Source of the DNA: Andalucia godoyi And28
Lineage: Eukaryota > Protista > Jakobida
DNA: 64,000 nt
Direction: 5' to 3'
NCBI GenBank assembly: GCA_009859145.1
Contig: VRVR01000013.1
Span: 329,438 to 393,437, forward strand
Shown: in pieces, positions 13,046 through 24,200 of the stretch
How positions within the stretch are numbered: position 1 is the first letter of the stretch
How the letters are laid out: each line of letters opens with the position of its first letter
Program-made: the position numbers and the translations under genes
Notes under the pieces: generated by a model
What the model was told of the DNA's origin: nothing
Database searches by the model: none
The model's input: the letters and a program-made list of their open reading frames with translations, nothing else

Positions 13046-14266
13046 TCACTGACAGAGTCGGATTGATACCCATTCCTCTTTCACGCATCTTTTTTTGTTT
13101 GCTGTTTGCCTTGGGCTACAAAGTCCGCTCCGCTGCGTGGAAAAATCATAGTACGAAACCAGCGCGAGTGAGCTCCCGCGATTGAGAGCGGTGGCGATCG
13201 CCTTTTGCATGCGCGCACACCACCGCGCATTCTTGCTCTGGGTCCTGCTGTTTCCTGGATTAAAACACAATCTACACATTGCTCTCAGAACACGTTGTGG
13301 TGAATGAACGAAGCCATCCATTAATCAGAATTTTTGAAAAGGTACTCAGTGACGTCTTTCGACCGGGTCGAAAATTAAACAGATACCCGTCGTGGCGGTT
13401 GGCGAGTCCTCGGTGCATCACTCTGGATTTTCGACGTATGGCGCCCACGTTGTACACGGAGTATGCATGACCATCGCTAGTCATGGGTCATCAATGTTGC
13501 AGCGTACCGAACAGCATCCTTCCCAAAGACAGTAGGATAAAACATGCCCCGCCTCCGATTTCATTTTCATGAGCTCGGCGGGTTGGCCGACGATCTTTTC
13601 GACGGCTTCGAGGTTGTACATGTTATGGGACCGGGGTGCGACAGCCCAGCGTCAGAGAGTTGTGACGGAAATGTCACACGTCTTGCGTAGCGTGGCAGGG
13701 TGGGTGGGTCACGTACATTTGACATCGCGTGGAAAGCGAAAAACAAAAACAAAAAAAGCACTGATGGAGGCAAGAATACGTGAACCGGCCATGGTTGCTG
13801 CTTTGAACAGTGTCACAAAAATTAGCGTCTGAACAATTTGGGGCATTCCATATAAATAGCCTCGAACCTTGGGTTGTTAAGCGAACAAATCCGGATTCTC
13901 ATCTTCGCTTGCTGGTTGTTGTTCACGTACGTTCATGCAGGCTGCTTTGTTGCCGCCTTTGTGAGAATCGGTGTTCGGTGAAGAAGTTCCATTGCTGCGA
14001 ATTCACCTCTGCATTCAAGTTGTGTGGAACGTCAAGTTTGCATCATTTGAGCGTGCATTGTATTGGCGACAGTCTGTCTCATCTCATGGCATGCAAACGC
14101 GCCTTGCAGCATTCTCCACAATGTCCGGTGTGTGCAGGATGATTACTATGTACATGATGCAGTTCGATATTAATAACACCAGCCGTCCGTCCTTCCGTAC
14201 AAGCTGGCTTCCGTACACATTCTTCAAGTGAGCACTGGGCGTGCAGAGGCGGGAACGTAAATCGCG

Positions 14267-14725
14267 ATGAGCTTTATTCGAGCTGCGTTTGGTGCGGTAC
14301 AAGGATTTTTTGCGGGAACAAAGCCAATGCTTGAAGTGTCCAGCCAGATTCAGAAGACGCTGATGTCTGATGAGTACTGGGTCCGCATTGTGGAGCCATT
14401 CTCCGTGTCGCCTGTTCGAATCGAGTGTTTGGAGCGCGCCGTTGCTTACGATATTGCAAAAGGAACATTGAAAGAAGCACTCAACAGCGACGCAGGGGCA
14501 CACAATGTTCTCGTTTTCGACAGCATTGCGACGTTTGAGCGAAAAGGAAAGCCACTTCCTGCGGATTTCCGGACTGCCAAGCTCAAGGAGAACAATTCTG
14601 CTTTGAATCCTTTGGCAGTTGTCATCAAAACAGGGACGGTGTCAAACGACATTCCGTTCACAAGCACCATGGAGGTCACCTTGAAGAAGCCTGATCCGCA
14701 AGAGAAGGGCGATGACAAGAAATGA
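14267..14725 (+). CDS. 152-aa hypothetical protein, possible Crinkler-type ubiquitin-like header domain
   Basis: Clean ATG-TGA ORF followed by an AT-rich 3' region. The pattern YWVRI...VRIEC...DIAKGTLKE...VLVF...KPL.AD...NPLAVV is reminiscent of CR N-terminal Ubl domains. Confidence 0.55.
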   Translation: MSFIRAAFGAVQGFFAGTKPMLEVSSQIQKTLMSDEYWVRIVEPFSVSPVRIECLERAVAYDIAKGTLKEALNSDAGAHNVLVFDSIATFERKGKPLPADFRTAKLKENNSALNPLAVVIKTGTVSNDIPFTSTMEVTLKKPDPQEKGDDKK

Positions 14726-15186
14726 ACAAATGAAGGTGCGGGGGCGTAAAACAACCAAGATGTCTGTTTTCTATACTTAATGGCCTGTTCATTTGTTCTT
14801 GCTGTTTAAGCAACGGTTTTTTTTTCCGTTATGCGAACTCATTAATAAAAATACTTGGGTCATTTCTTTATTAGTGGTTGTATTTATCACAAGACACTGT
14901 GCCGCCGTGAGCTGTCCATCGAATCCCGCCGGTGCGTGGGCCGCGATGATCATTCGTCAGTGCTGGCTCAGCCGGCGGCAGTTCTTGTGTCGGAATCCAG
15001 CGGGTATTCCCTAGTGTAAGCGAGTTGGAAATCTGGCGTCCGGCACTCATGAAAAAATATCATGGTGATGATGATTGCGGAGGATGTGCGCGAAAAGTCT
15101 CTCTGTTTTAGTCTCTCTGTTTTCCGTACATTTCGTGAGCGCTTTCCCGGATTCTCTGCTGTTTATTGAAATGGGTGCGCCTCTAG

Positions 15187-18100
15187 TTAATATTTGCCTT
15201 CCATAGACTGCGCAAACGCATTGAGCACTTCGATAACCTCATCCATTGCAGTCCGATATTCGCCATCTTCATCCACGAAATCTTCCATTTGCGTCTGCAG
15301 CGAAGAGATCTGAGAGACCAAGCTGTTTGACTTGTCGACGAACATCCGACCGAAGTCCGCAGAGGGAGACGGGCTGGCGGGGCTGGGGGACGCCACTACG
15401 TCCTCCGTCGCCTGGTCTGGCTCTTCTCGCCGTTTGCCGAGACGGGCTCGTCTGGAAGGTGCGGAGCGCTCGGACTTTGGACGGACAACTTCGTTGCTGG
15501 GGTCCTTGCTGGGGTCCTTGCTGGGGTCCTTGCTGGAAGCAACCGACGAAGAAGACTCGGCCTGTTTGATCACAATCTTCACGGATTCAATCACAGACTC
15601 CGTAAGAACTCTGGCACCCAGAAGATGTTTTGCAACCACACGGTTGATTTCCTCTGGAAGCGCTATTGGGGATCCGCAAAGAATTCGCAGACCCGTCAAA
15701 AGCACCTTTTCCAATCCAGAAAAGCTGTCGCGCTCCGCAGCAGCCTGTTCAAGAAACAAAGACAACAAAGGCAATCCGTCGCTAATCGCATGGTTGAGAA
15801 CCCAGGCGCCAAACGCGAATTCTGCAAAAACATAGGAAAGATGAAGTGACTGACAAATGAACACGTGGAACCTCTTCGAAAACAACAATGCATCCAAATA
15901 CGTACGATGGACCACAGCAGATGTAATACCGTGCGCAATGTCTCCATACCCGTCGGGAAACGCATTTTCGATCTTTTGGCATATTTGTGATGCGGAATTC
16001 TTGCCATTCACGGGGACGCCAGCGCCGAGATCAAACGTCATTTGGGAAATGTCGCAAACAAGGTCCACATAAGCACGCAATCCAGCAAGATCATACACAA
16101 CAGCCGACGCATACCGTTTCCAATCCTTTCCGGCCTTGTGATGTTCGTAAACACTCGGGAGAAGGAAAAGATCGGCAAATGGATCGAACCAATCAGCGAA
16201 AAATTTCATCGGTGGTGCATCCTTTCTCTCACCGTCCTTCTCCTTCTCCTCGTCTTCTTCGTGCAGCAAGGAGTCTTTCGAGTGGTCCTCGTGCCAAGTG
16301 TCGATGATCGACAAACAGGCATTCCAGAACAAAGGAACATCCAATGTTTTCAAAGTGCGCAAAAAGAGCTGCAAAAACATGAGATCCACAGAGTGTGGAT
16401 CGGCCTTGAAACTCGACAAAATCTGCGGGACCTTGGACAGGAATGTTCCATAGTCCTTGTCTTGAACGGACTGCAGCGTTTTCATGGCTGCCAGCAGTCC
16501 AGCCACCTTGTGTCGAGACTCCGACGCATGCGAATCCGGATCGACAGATGCCAATTTCAAACCCTCGGGAATGAAATAAGAGTAGTCAGATACTTCGGAC
16601 CGGAATGATACATTATTGCTTCTATCAGATAGAGAGCTCTTCAAAGGGATCGGCTCGCAAATCTGCAACAGCTGCAATGCCTCTGAAATCTTCTGATCCT
16701 GCTGCAGACGGGACGCAGCGGAAGAAATGCTATCAAACGCCTCGTCCAGACGTCTTTGATAAATAAGTTTTTCAACATCCCGAACAAACTTGAGGGATTG
16801 GTCTTCCTGGGGAAACCGAGACACCGCAATTGGTGCCAAGAAGGCGTTTGTCAAATGAATTCCCGCAATGTCGCCGTGGGTGCTGAGAACGTGAAACACA
16901 TCCGGCGATACCGGCGATGCAGACACACCGCACAATGGCCCTGAAAATGGGCTCGACACTTCGGCGACCGTAAAATGAGGCCCGTGATTCAATGACAGTA
17001 TCGTGGACTTTCCATCGGCTCCAGCAGTCACAAGGAGCTCTGCGTGCGATTGGGACCAGGAAAGTCGTCGAACAGGACCATCGTGACACCAAGCGGAAAC
17101 CACGGGGAACTTTGCATATCGAAGATCCCAGACATTGACAGTCCCCGCAAAACCCGCAGATGCGCACCAATGCGGAACCATGGGGCTGAAGACAACATCG
17201 TGAACCGGTCCAGCGTGGTCACGCACATCGTTTCGACAGAACGTATTTCTGGGAAACTTTCCGTCCACCGACGAGGAAATGATGGATCTGGCTTGAAGGG
17301 AGCTGAGAGCTCGATTTGCCGTCCTCATGATGATTGCCTGTTTTGCTTCCTTTCCTCGTAGCGACAGCATGCGGGTGTCGAGGATCTTGATGGAAGACGT
17401 TGCGCCGGCAACCGCAACGACATCTGCGTAGAACGGGCTCCAATTGCACGCCAGCAACGGGGCATGGGATACCCGCGCGACCGAGAGCGGCCTTTGGTCG
17501 CTGTAACCACCAGAACAGTCCCAAATTGCCAATCTGCTTTGCTCCACGACGGCTGCCTTGCTAGGATTGAGCTTGCAGATTCTTACCGAATTCACCTGTC
17601 GTGATGGGTACCACTCATTAGGAACGGGTGCGTCTTCCGACTTGACATTAAATCTCGCGCCCCCATTTGGCTTCAGCTGCTCGGACTGCGAATCCGAGTC
17701 GTCGCCGCTGTCATACAGCTTTTCCTGCTCGAGGTTCGACGCCGACTTGTGCATTGGAGAGGCAGCATTCGACGCCGACGGTGACATGGAAGCACTGAGC
17801 GTGCTCGGGGTTCTCCATTTCGCCCGCAGCTCATAGTCTTCGGACGGCTGTGTCCGAGACGACCGGTGATCCACAAGCGACGGCGGTGCATGAACCACGG
17901 AAACAGTCCCGTCCAAATGACCCAACAGCATGGTTTCGTCATTCCAGTCCATCGACGTGATGGGCATTGGTGAATGGAACGCCCCGACTGACTGATAGCC
18001 AATTTGCTTGACCGAGCCCTTTCCTCGCCGCACGTCTTCTTCTTCAGGAGTGAACAGCTCAAACGAAAAAAGGTCTCCGTTCACCGAGCTTGAGCAAACT

Positions 18101-18315
18101 GCCAGTACGTTCTGCTTGTCATGCATGCAGGAATCATGAAACAAGAACAGATCTTCATCTGCAGCAAACGTGTCGCCGCCATTGCCGTTATTGTGATTCG
18201 ATAGATGAGACGCATGGTGCTCAGACACACACAGCAAGTCCGCGGAACCCTGCAGCCCAGCCAGATTCGCCTCTTGTCGCCACGACGCTATCGAGCTTCG
18301 AAACCCTGATTTCAT
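15187..18315 (-). CDS. WD40-repeat protein (about 1042 aa) with a helical C-terminal region
   Basis: WD repeats include HAGPVHDVVFSP...VNVWDLR, HDGPVRRLSWS and ITSMDWN. First ATG at 18315. Confidence 0.88.
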   Translation of the reverse strand: MKSGFRSSIASWRQEANLAGLQGSADLLCVSEHHASHLSNHNNGNGGDTFAADEDLFLFHDSCMHDKQNVLAVCSSSVNGDLFSFELFTPEEEDVRRGKGSVKQIGYQSVGAFHSPMPITSMDWNDETMLLGHLDGTVSVVHAPPSLVDHRSSRTQPSEDYELRAKWRTPSTLSASMSPSASNAASPMHKSASNLEQEKLYDSGDDSDSQSEQLKPNGGARFNVKSEDAPVPNEWYPSRQVNSVRICKLNPSKAAVVEQSRLAIWDCSGGYSDQRPLSVARVSHAPLLACNWSPFYADVVAVAGATSSIKILDTRMLSLRGKEAKQAIIMRTANRALSSLQARSIISSSVDGKFPRNTFCRNDVRDHAGPVHDVVFSPMVPHWCASAGFAGTVNVWDLRYAKFPVVSAWCHDGPVRRLSWSQSHAELLVTAGADGKSTILSLNHGPHFTVAEVSSPFSGPLCGVSASPVSPDVFHVLSTHGDIAGIHLTNAFLAPIAVSRFPQEDQSLKFVRDVEKLIYQRRLDEAFDSISSAASRLQQDQKISEALQLLQICEPIPLKSSLSDRSNNVSFRSEVSDYSYFIPEGLKLASVDPDSHASESRHKVAGLLAAMKTLQSVQDKDYGTFLSKVPQILSSFKADPHSVDLMFLQLFLRTLKTLDVPLFWNACLSIIDTWHEDHSKDSLLHEEDEEKEKDGERKDAPPMKFFADWFDPFADLFLLPSVYEHHKAGKDWKRYASAVVYDLAGLRAYVDLVCDISQMTFDLGAGVPVNGKNSASQICQKIENAFPDGYGDIAHGITSAVVHRTYLDALLFSKRFHVFICQSLHLSYVFAEFAFGAWVLNHAISDGLPLLSLFLEQAAAERDSFSGLEKVLLTGLRILCGSPIALPEEINRVVAKHLLGARVLTESVIESVKIVIKQAESSSSVASSKDPSKDPSKDPSNEVVRPKSERSAPSRRARLGKRREEPDQATEDVVASPSPASPSPSADFGRMFVDKSNSLVSQISSLQTQMEDFVDEDGEYRTAMDEVIEVLNAFAQSMEGKY

Positions 18316-18628
18316 CCACTCCACTCCACTCCAACCCTCTCAAAAGCAGTGTTTGACTAACGGCAATAATTCGGAACGCCGCAAGTTGTGGTAACCCAGC
18401 AATCGAAGAGGACCGACCCCCAACACACACCAACACCAAAAACAAAACAAAAAAAAAAAAACAGGTAGGATCACGTGATGCTAGTCTGTGTAGAGAGAAT
18501 AACCGCACCATCCTCTTCGACGGTCGCGTTGTGCTTTTGGGTCTCTTTTCAGAAGCACAGACGCTGTTTTCGTCAGAAAGGAAAAGGTTTAACAAAAGAG
18601 AAAGAGAGGAAAAGTTAAAACTTTAGAG

Positions 18629-19116
18629 ATGTCGGCTGCATATCGTGCGACTTGCCGTTTGTTCACCCAGGAAGGCTTCAACCAAGCATTCGAGGCTTAC
18701 CGTGTCAAGTACATTGCCACTGGCTCATTTGCGCCCATTGCCCATCTTTTGGCCTTTGTTGGCGGTGTTTCTTGTATGTCACCCCCCTTCTCTATTTCTT
18801 TCATTGCATTTTCATCCTCTTCATCTGCACGGTCATTGCCGACGTGCCATGGCTTCCTCGCCTGTTGGTGCGTCTTTCTTTTCCTTTTCGAACTGTGCCA
18901 GTTTAAAAAAAATATTATTGTTTTTTTGTTTTGTTTTGTTTTGGTTGCTAATGTATGTCTGTATCTGTTTGCTACTTGAAAATGTTTGCAGATATCCGCG
19001 AGTTTTCTCATTTGCGCCACAAGAAGCAGGCTGCTCGTGAAGCCGCCATCCAGCAGCGCATTGATGCTGCCATCAAGGAGGGAAAGACCGGTGCTCCTGC
19101 TCACGCTCACCACTAA
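18629..19116 (+). CDS. ATP17: Mitochondrial ATP synthase subunit f (89 aa, 2 exons: 18629-18773, 18992-19116)
   Basis: Intron 18774-18991 (GTATGT...TGCAG) restores the frame. The product reads YRVKYIATGSFAPIAHLLAFVGGVSYIREFSHLRH, matching the plant/protist subunit f pattern YxxKYIxTxSxxPLxH...Y..E..HL.H. Confidence 0.8.
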
Positions 19117-19257
19117 GGAGAATTCGTCTTTCGAGATACTTCAGTGAGCGCTTCCGTTCAGTAAAGAACAACAAACAAACCAAACCAAAAGAAACGACCT
19201 CGAAACGCAGACACACGATCGCTCCAGCAGATTCCGTGTAGCAGCGCTACCATCTAC

Positions 19258-20937
19258 CTATCGACCGATGGTGATGATACGTTCCCAGTCGGTAACGGGG
19301 AATAATGCAGTTTGGAACACAATAACAGACCCCTGCACGCAGTCTACAAGCTGTGATCCATCGTCGGCGAATCGGAAACGACGCATCACCGGATGAACGG
19401 ATGAATTGAATGTGGAACTCATGCACAACCGATTCATTTGCTTCATCAGGTTCCGGCCAATGCACACATGACGGGCGTAGGACTGGAGAAGGACAACGAG
19501 TTTACGAATCGAAGATTTCCCGTGGAACTCGTTTCCTTCTCCTTCTTGCTCTTGTTCTTGTTCTGCCGCGCCGCTGTTTTCGAGAGCACCTTCATTCTGC
19601 GACTGGTCATCTGCATCAGTTATACCGAGTGCATGGTTTTCAAGAAGCTTGAAAGCCACTAGAAGCGCGGCGGATGCGTTTCTACCGTCTCGACACACCA
19701 CGCAGATCTTCCTGCTATCTGCAGATCCCAAAGACTTGTATATCAGAGGGCACAGCAGCTGGAAAGTATATCGATCTTTCTTGACGTTTGGAACCGGAAA
19801 GAGCAGTAGCAGAGAATCCAGCGAATTCGGATCATTTCTCGTCCTCCATCTCTGCAATGCACCGGAAATCACATCCTGGTCGCCAACACAAAGGAAACGG
19901 CTGACATCGGAACTCGCAAAAGACGGAATGTACTCCACAGACGATGCAGGACCGATGCAGAATCGTCGAAATGAGGACGCACACAGCGAAAAGCCAAACA
20001 ACTCCGCCGCTGTGCCATCGGCATTCTGGTCTTGAGCATTCTCGGCTGCAAGAGACTTCTCTGCCTCGACAACGACCTCATCTATAAACAAGTCAAAGTC
20101 ATCATCGGGCAGCAGGCTACTCAAAATTCGCTGCCAGTTTGTCCAAAACATGCGCGGCGTAAGGCCGCGACTCCATGTCTCCGCATCGTCTCCGGAGCCT
20201 TGGACGTAGACCCAGCTTTTCTGGGTTGGAGAATACGACTCGTCTTCAGGCGAAGCAGGCTCGGAAGCGCAAATGCAAACCAGCGGAACATACGGAAAAC
20301 GGGACGTATCAAACTCCATGTGATCATAAACCGTGTCTGGATTGACGTATACACACTTGAGAGGCCGGAATGGCGTATCCAATACACTACTGTCCCGCCA
20401 ATCAGGCAGCGATTCCACGTACTCTAGCGCCTTCTGGTGGAAATCATCGAGGAGCTTGTGGATCTGTGTAATTTCCAGGTCGGATACCCATCTTGGCAAG
20501 TGCAAGTACTCTCGCAGAGCGGCGTGATGATCGGTCCTTTTCGAAAAGATGGTGCTCAGCACCGCCGCCCAGATTGGGATGGTCCGTGACATGGAGTCAG
20601 GGAACCGCTTTCCCTTGCGGGTGGAATCGACGATGATAGCGCCTTGTCGCTGGAAAGCAACTCGTGCAACATGCAAGTTCAGCCGCGAAACATGGAACGA
20701 CCAATGGCCATAATGACCGTCCGTGGATTTAAAGTAGCACGTATCAAACACGGGAATCCGAGAAGGATCTACATACCACTCGCCCGCTCGAAGATTCGCA
20801 AACAGGGGAAACTGACACACGGAGCCAAAGTACCGAAACGCATCCACCACGAAATTCGAATCATGATCAATAGAGTGCAAGCGGTTCCGAATCCTCGTCG
20901 CACACCGCTTCACAGCTTTGACCTCCCTCCAAGACAT
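19258..20937 (-). CDS. RIT1: Initiator tRNA A64 2'-O-ribosylphosphate transferase
   Basis: Motifs NLRAGEWYV, CYFKSTDGH, RLNLH, IIVDSTRKGKRFPDSMSRTIPIW and YVQGSGDDAETWSRGLTP, plus a C-terminal phosphatase-like loop CRDGRNAS. Confidence 0.92.
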   Translation of the reverse strand: MSWREVKAVKRCATRIRNRLHSIDHDSNFVVDAFRYFGSVCQFPLFANLRAGEWYVDPSRIPVFDTCYFKSTDGHYGHWSFHVSRLNLHVARVAFQRQGAIIVDSTRKGKRFPDSMSRTIPIWAAVLSTIFSKRTDHHAALREYLHLPRWVSDLEITQIHKLLDDFHQKALEYVESLPDWRDSSVLDTPFRPLKCVYVNPDTVYDHMEFDTSRFPYVPLVCICASEPASPEDESYSPTQKSWVYVQGSGDDAETWSRGLTPRMFWTNWQRILSSLLPDDDFDLFIDEVVVEAEKSLAAENAQDQNADGTAAELFGFSLCASSFRRFCIGPASSVEYIPSFASSDVSRFLCVGDQDVISGALQRWRTRNDPNSLDSLLLLFPVPNVKKDRYTFQLLCPLIYKSLGSADSRKICVVCRDGRNASAALLVAFKLLENHALGITDADDQSQNEGALENSGAAEQEQEQEGEGNEFHGKSSIRKLVVLLQSYARHVCIGRNLMKQMNRLCMSSTFNSSVHPVMRRFRFADDGSQLVDCVQGSVIVFQTALFPVTDWERIITIGR

Positions 20938-21277
20938 TCCCCCCCTAGAAGAGAAAATTAAAATTAAAAAAAGAAATTGAGAATAAAACAGTCGCAAAAC
21001 AGTATTCTAAAAATTATAAAAAACTAAAGAATAATATATTAGATCATTAAATAAAATAATAGATCATCGATTCCGTTTTGCGCCAGATGGACTCGAGTGG
21101 CCTCAAGCCCTCTTCCTTGCGGGTCATATGGTGTTGGTGCATCGCTTCGTATCTCCGTTTTTCTTCATTAAAGCATGCAGGCTCATAAACAGTTAGAATA
21201 TCACAAAAAAGAAAGCTTCACGATCGACCACAGCATGCGATACGATCCAAAGTGCTGAGCTGGACTTGCTTCTTGAG

Positions 21278-24200
21278 ATGTATTCAACGAAGCTTGTGGA
21301 GTTTGCTTCGCGGTTGGATGACAGGAAAAGCGACAAAAAGGTACGCATTTTCCCTTTTCGATTTCTCTCTTTTTATCTGTTTTTTATATTCATTTGCATC
21401 TCATTTGAAATGCTTCTCTGCTTGGATCGCGTCCGAAAGAGCAGCCTATTTCGTCACCGTTGTTATTATTATTATTATTTTTGTTGTTGCTGCTGCTGCT
21501 TCGGGTTCTGTTGTACATAATTTTTAATGAAAAATCACACTGAAAATGTTCATTTCCTCTCAATAGAAACTGTTGGTCGATATTCATCGTTGGTTCCTTG
21601 ATAATAAAGATGGTTTGAAAGAAGCGTTGCAGAATTCGTCTGCGGATTCACAGGAATTGGAGGTTCAGTGCGGACCACTTTTGGAGAAGATCCTGCGAGT
21701 CATTCCTTCCTTGTTGGAAGGCTCTCGCTCCGAAGACATTATCAAACTTCAAATTCTGTCGCCATTTGAGAAGATTCTCATTGCATATGTTGAGTTGTTT
21801 GCTATGGCAACCATGAAGCACCAAGTCCTCATACTGGAATGCTTGATGGGTATGTTTGGCGATCCCGGAGCATGCCTTCCTGCTGTTAGCGCACTGTGTT
21901 TCTTGGTTCGCTGCAGCGTCTCTTTTCGCGAGCGTGTCCCGTTGCAAGTCATGTATGGCATGTTAAAAGGTGCCAGAGAAGCGGTCACCAACAATCCCAA
22001 GCTCGAGCTGCGGGATGTAACGCTGCTTGTTGAGAAGCTGCTCGCTATCGTCAGAATCTATCCCGATTCGTATTTTGATTCACTCGCGGCGTTCACCGAG
22101 TCTGCCGACTCCGAGAAACTAGACTCGTCGCGTGTCGTCGGAAGACTGACCAAGTTGTGCATTGACTTGTTGAAAGCCGCAATTCCGCTGTCCTCTCACA
22201 TGACGTCACGTGGCGTTTTTGACGTTTTGCGCCTCTGTCTGGAGGTTTCGCGAAAGTTTTCTGCAATCTTTCCTCTGAGCTGCTTTTTGTTTCTGGAGAG
22301 CATTTGTGATCTGACATTTGTGAAAGAGTCGTTCGCGTTCCAAGATTTGCTCAATGACAAGCTGCTGGATGACAGGTTGATCCATGATCACTTGTTTGAG
22401 CAGTTTTGCAGCTTGCGATTCAAGCTCTCGTTTGGATCGAAAATCGTTTTTCGTTTCCTTGATCTTGATCCTGGTTCTGTTGTGCGGCTGTTTGTCAATG
22501 CCGTGGAAAAGGGATCCAATTTCGGTCGCGCTGACCATTCTCGTCTCTTGGGACGGTTTCGTGTTGCCAGCCTGCTGGAATTGTGCAGCATGCATCATCG
22601 ACATTTGCTGCGCCTGCAGGTGCCACCGAGTTCAGAGGAACACGGAATGAGTACCGCTGCTAAACGTCCGAAAAAACCGGCACCGCATTTGGTGTTTGCC
22701 TCTGAAGTCGATTTATGGCTTGCCTGCAGAACAGACGAGCGACCGCTGTCTCCCGCGGTTCAAGTTTTCTGGTATTCTGCACAGTTGTTAGCCATTCAAG
22801 ACATCCTGCAAATGACGAGATCCCATGTCCCAGACCCTTCTGATCGAGAATCCGTGTTGATTCCTCTTTTGAAAGGGTTTTTGCTGTGCCTTGAACGGTT
22901 GTGCCAGTTTCCTCCCGCATCGATTCTTGCGATGGAATCTTTACTGCTATCATTGCCGGAACTGATGCTGTGCGCGCTTGATCTCCATCGCTCCTACAGT
23001 GACGCTGTCCCGATTGTCCAGCACGGCGTTTGCTTTTCGCTGTTGTCCAATCTTCTGTATCAACTGGTGTCCGCATCTTCGTTCCTTTCGTGTTCCATTT
23101 CCCCCAGTGCGACGTTTGCTATTTTTCATTGTCTCAATATACTGTATGGCGACCGCAGTGTTTTGGAGAGTTCTCTGATTTCAGAAGCGCAAAGATTGAG
23201 TGTGATGCAGTGCGTCCTTTGTCAAGTCTGCGACAGCCCCAGTTTGCCATTGATTCAACGGTGGTTTTTGGACTCCCAGTTTTACGCTTGGATTTCGAGC
23301 CAGCTGTTTTCGCCCTGTGTTGGCTTCGATGTGGACAAGAGCGATCATTTGCCGAAGTTCCGTCGGACATTTGTTTCGGTTCTCGATCAACTGTTTTCGA
23401 AAGGCACATGTGCGGCGTTTGGATGCAACTTTCTTGTGCACATCGAAGATGATCGTGTCGATCGTGCGGCTAGTGCACTCTTTTTTCTGCCCCACGCGCA
23501 ATTCTCAGCGTTTCTTGAGCGCGTGTTCGCTTCCGACGGCGAAAAGCTGTCTGCTTTTCGGTTGATCTTCCAGAGCGCCACCAACTGGCACCAGTTGACT
23601 GTTTTGACGTTCTTCCTTCAAAACGTTGGGTTTCCCGGTCCTGATTTTGTGGATGACTATGCAAACGATAACTTGAAGGCATTGCTGAACTCTATCGATG
23701 TCTTGCTTCCGCGTGCACTGGTGCAACTGGCAGATTGCGGTGCGTTTTTCCTGTGTCCTATTCCTGGAGCCTCGCTAGAAAAAATGGAATCAGTGCTAGC
23801 CCTTTATGTTGCACGGTATGCTCATTTCATCCGAGTTGTTCGTGAAAGCCGCTCGTTTTACCGAATTTATACGTCAAAAAACGACAGCTCTATGGTCATG
23901 GAGGTTTACGCAGATGATTATGCGGATCTTTTAACAAGCAATTTGTTTGCGGTTGTGAAGGTCTTCCAGGCTGCACCATGGTTCCCCGCCTTCTGGAACA
24001 ATGTTCTTGACGCAGAGTCCAAGACAGCTGTGCTGTTTTGCCGCATGGCGCTATACATTGAAGGCGTGTCGTTACTGCTGACCAGCAGTAATGCCGCAAC
24101 ATCCGCAGTGGACGAAATTGTGGATCAGAATTTTTGGGAGGACGCCATTTCACAGTACACTTCCCGACCAAGTTTAACGTATCGTGACTGGCATGACCAC

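Noticed and set aside
15494-15535. 12-nt tandem repeat (SKDP x3) in the WD40 gene
   Set aside because: It is an ordinary in-frame slippage repeat in a low-complexity linker.
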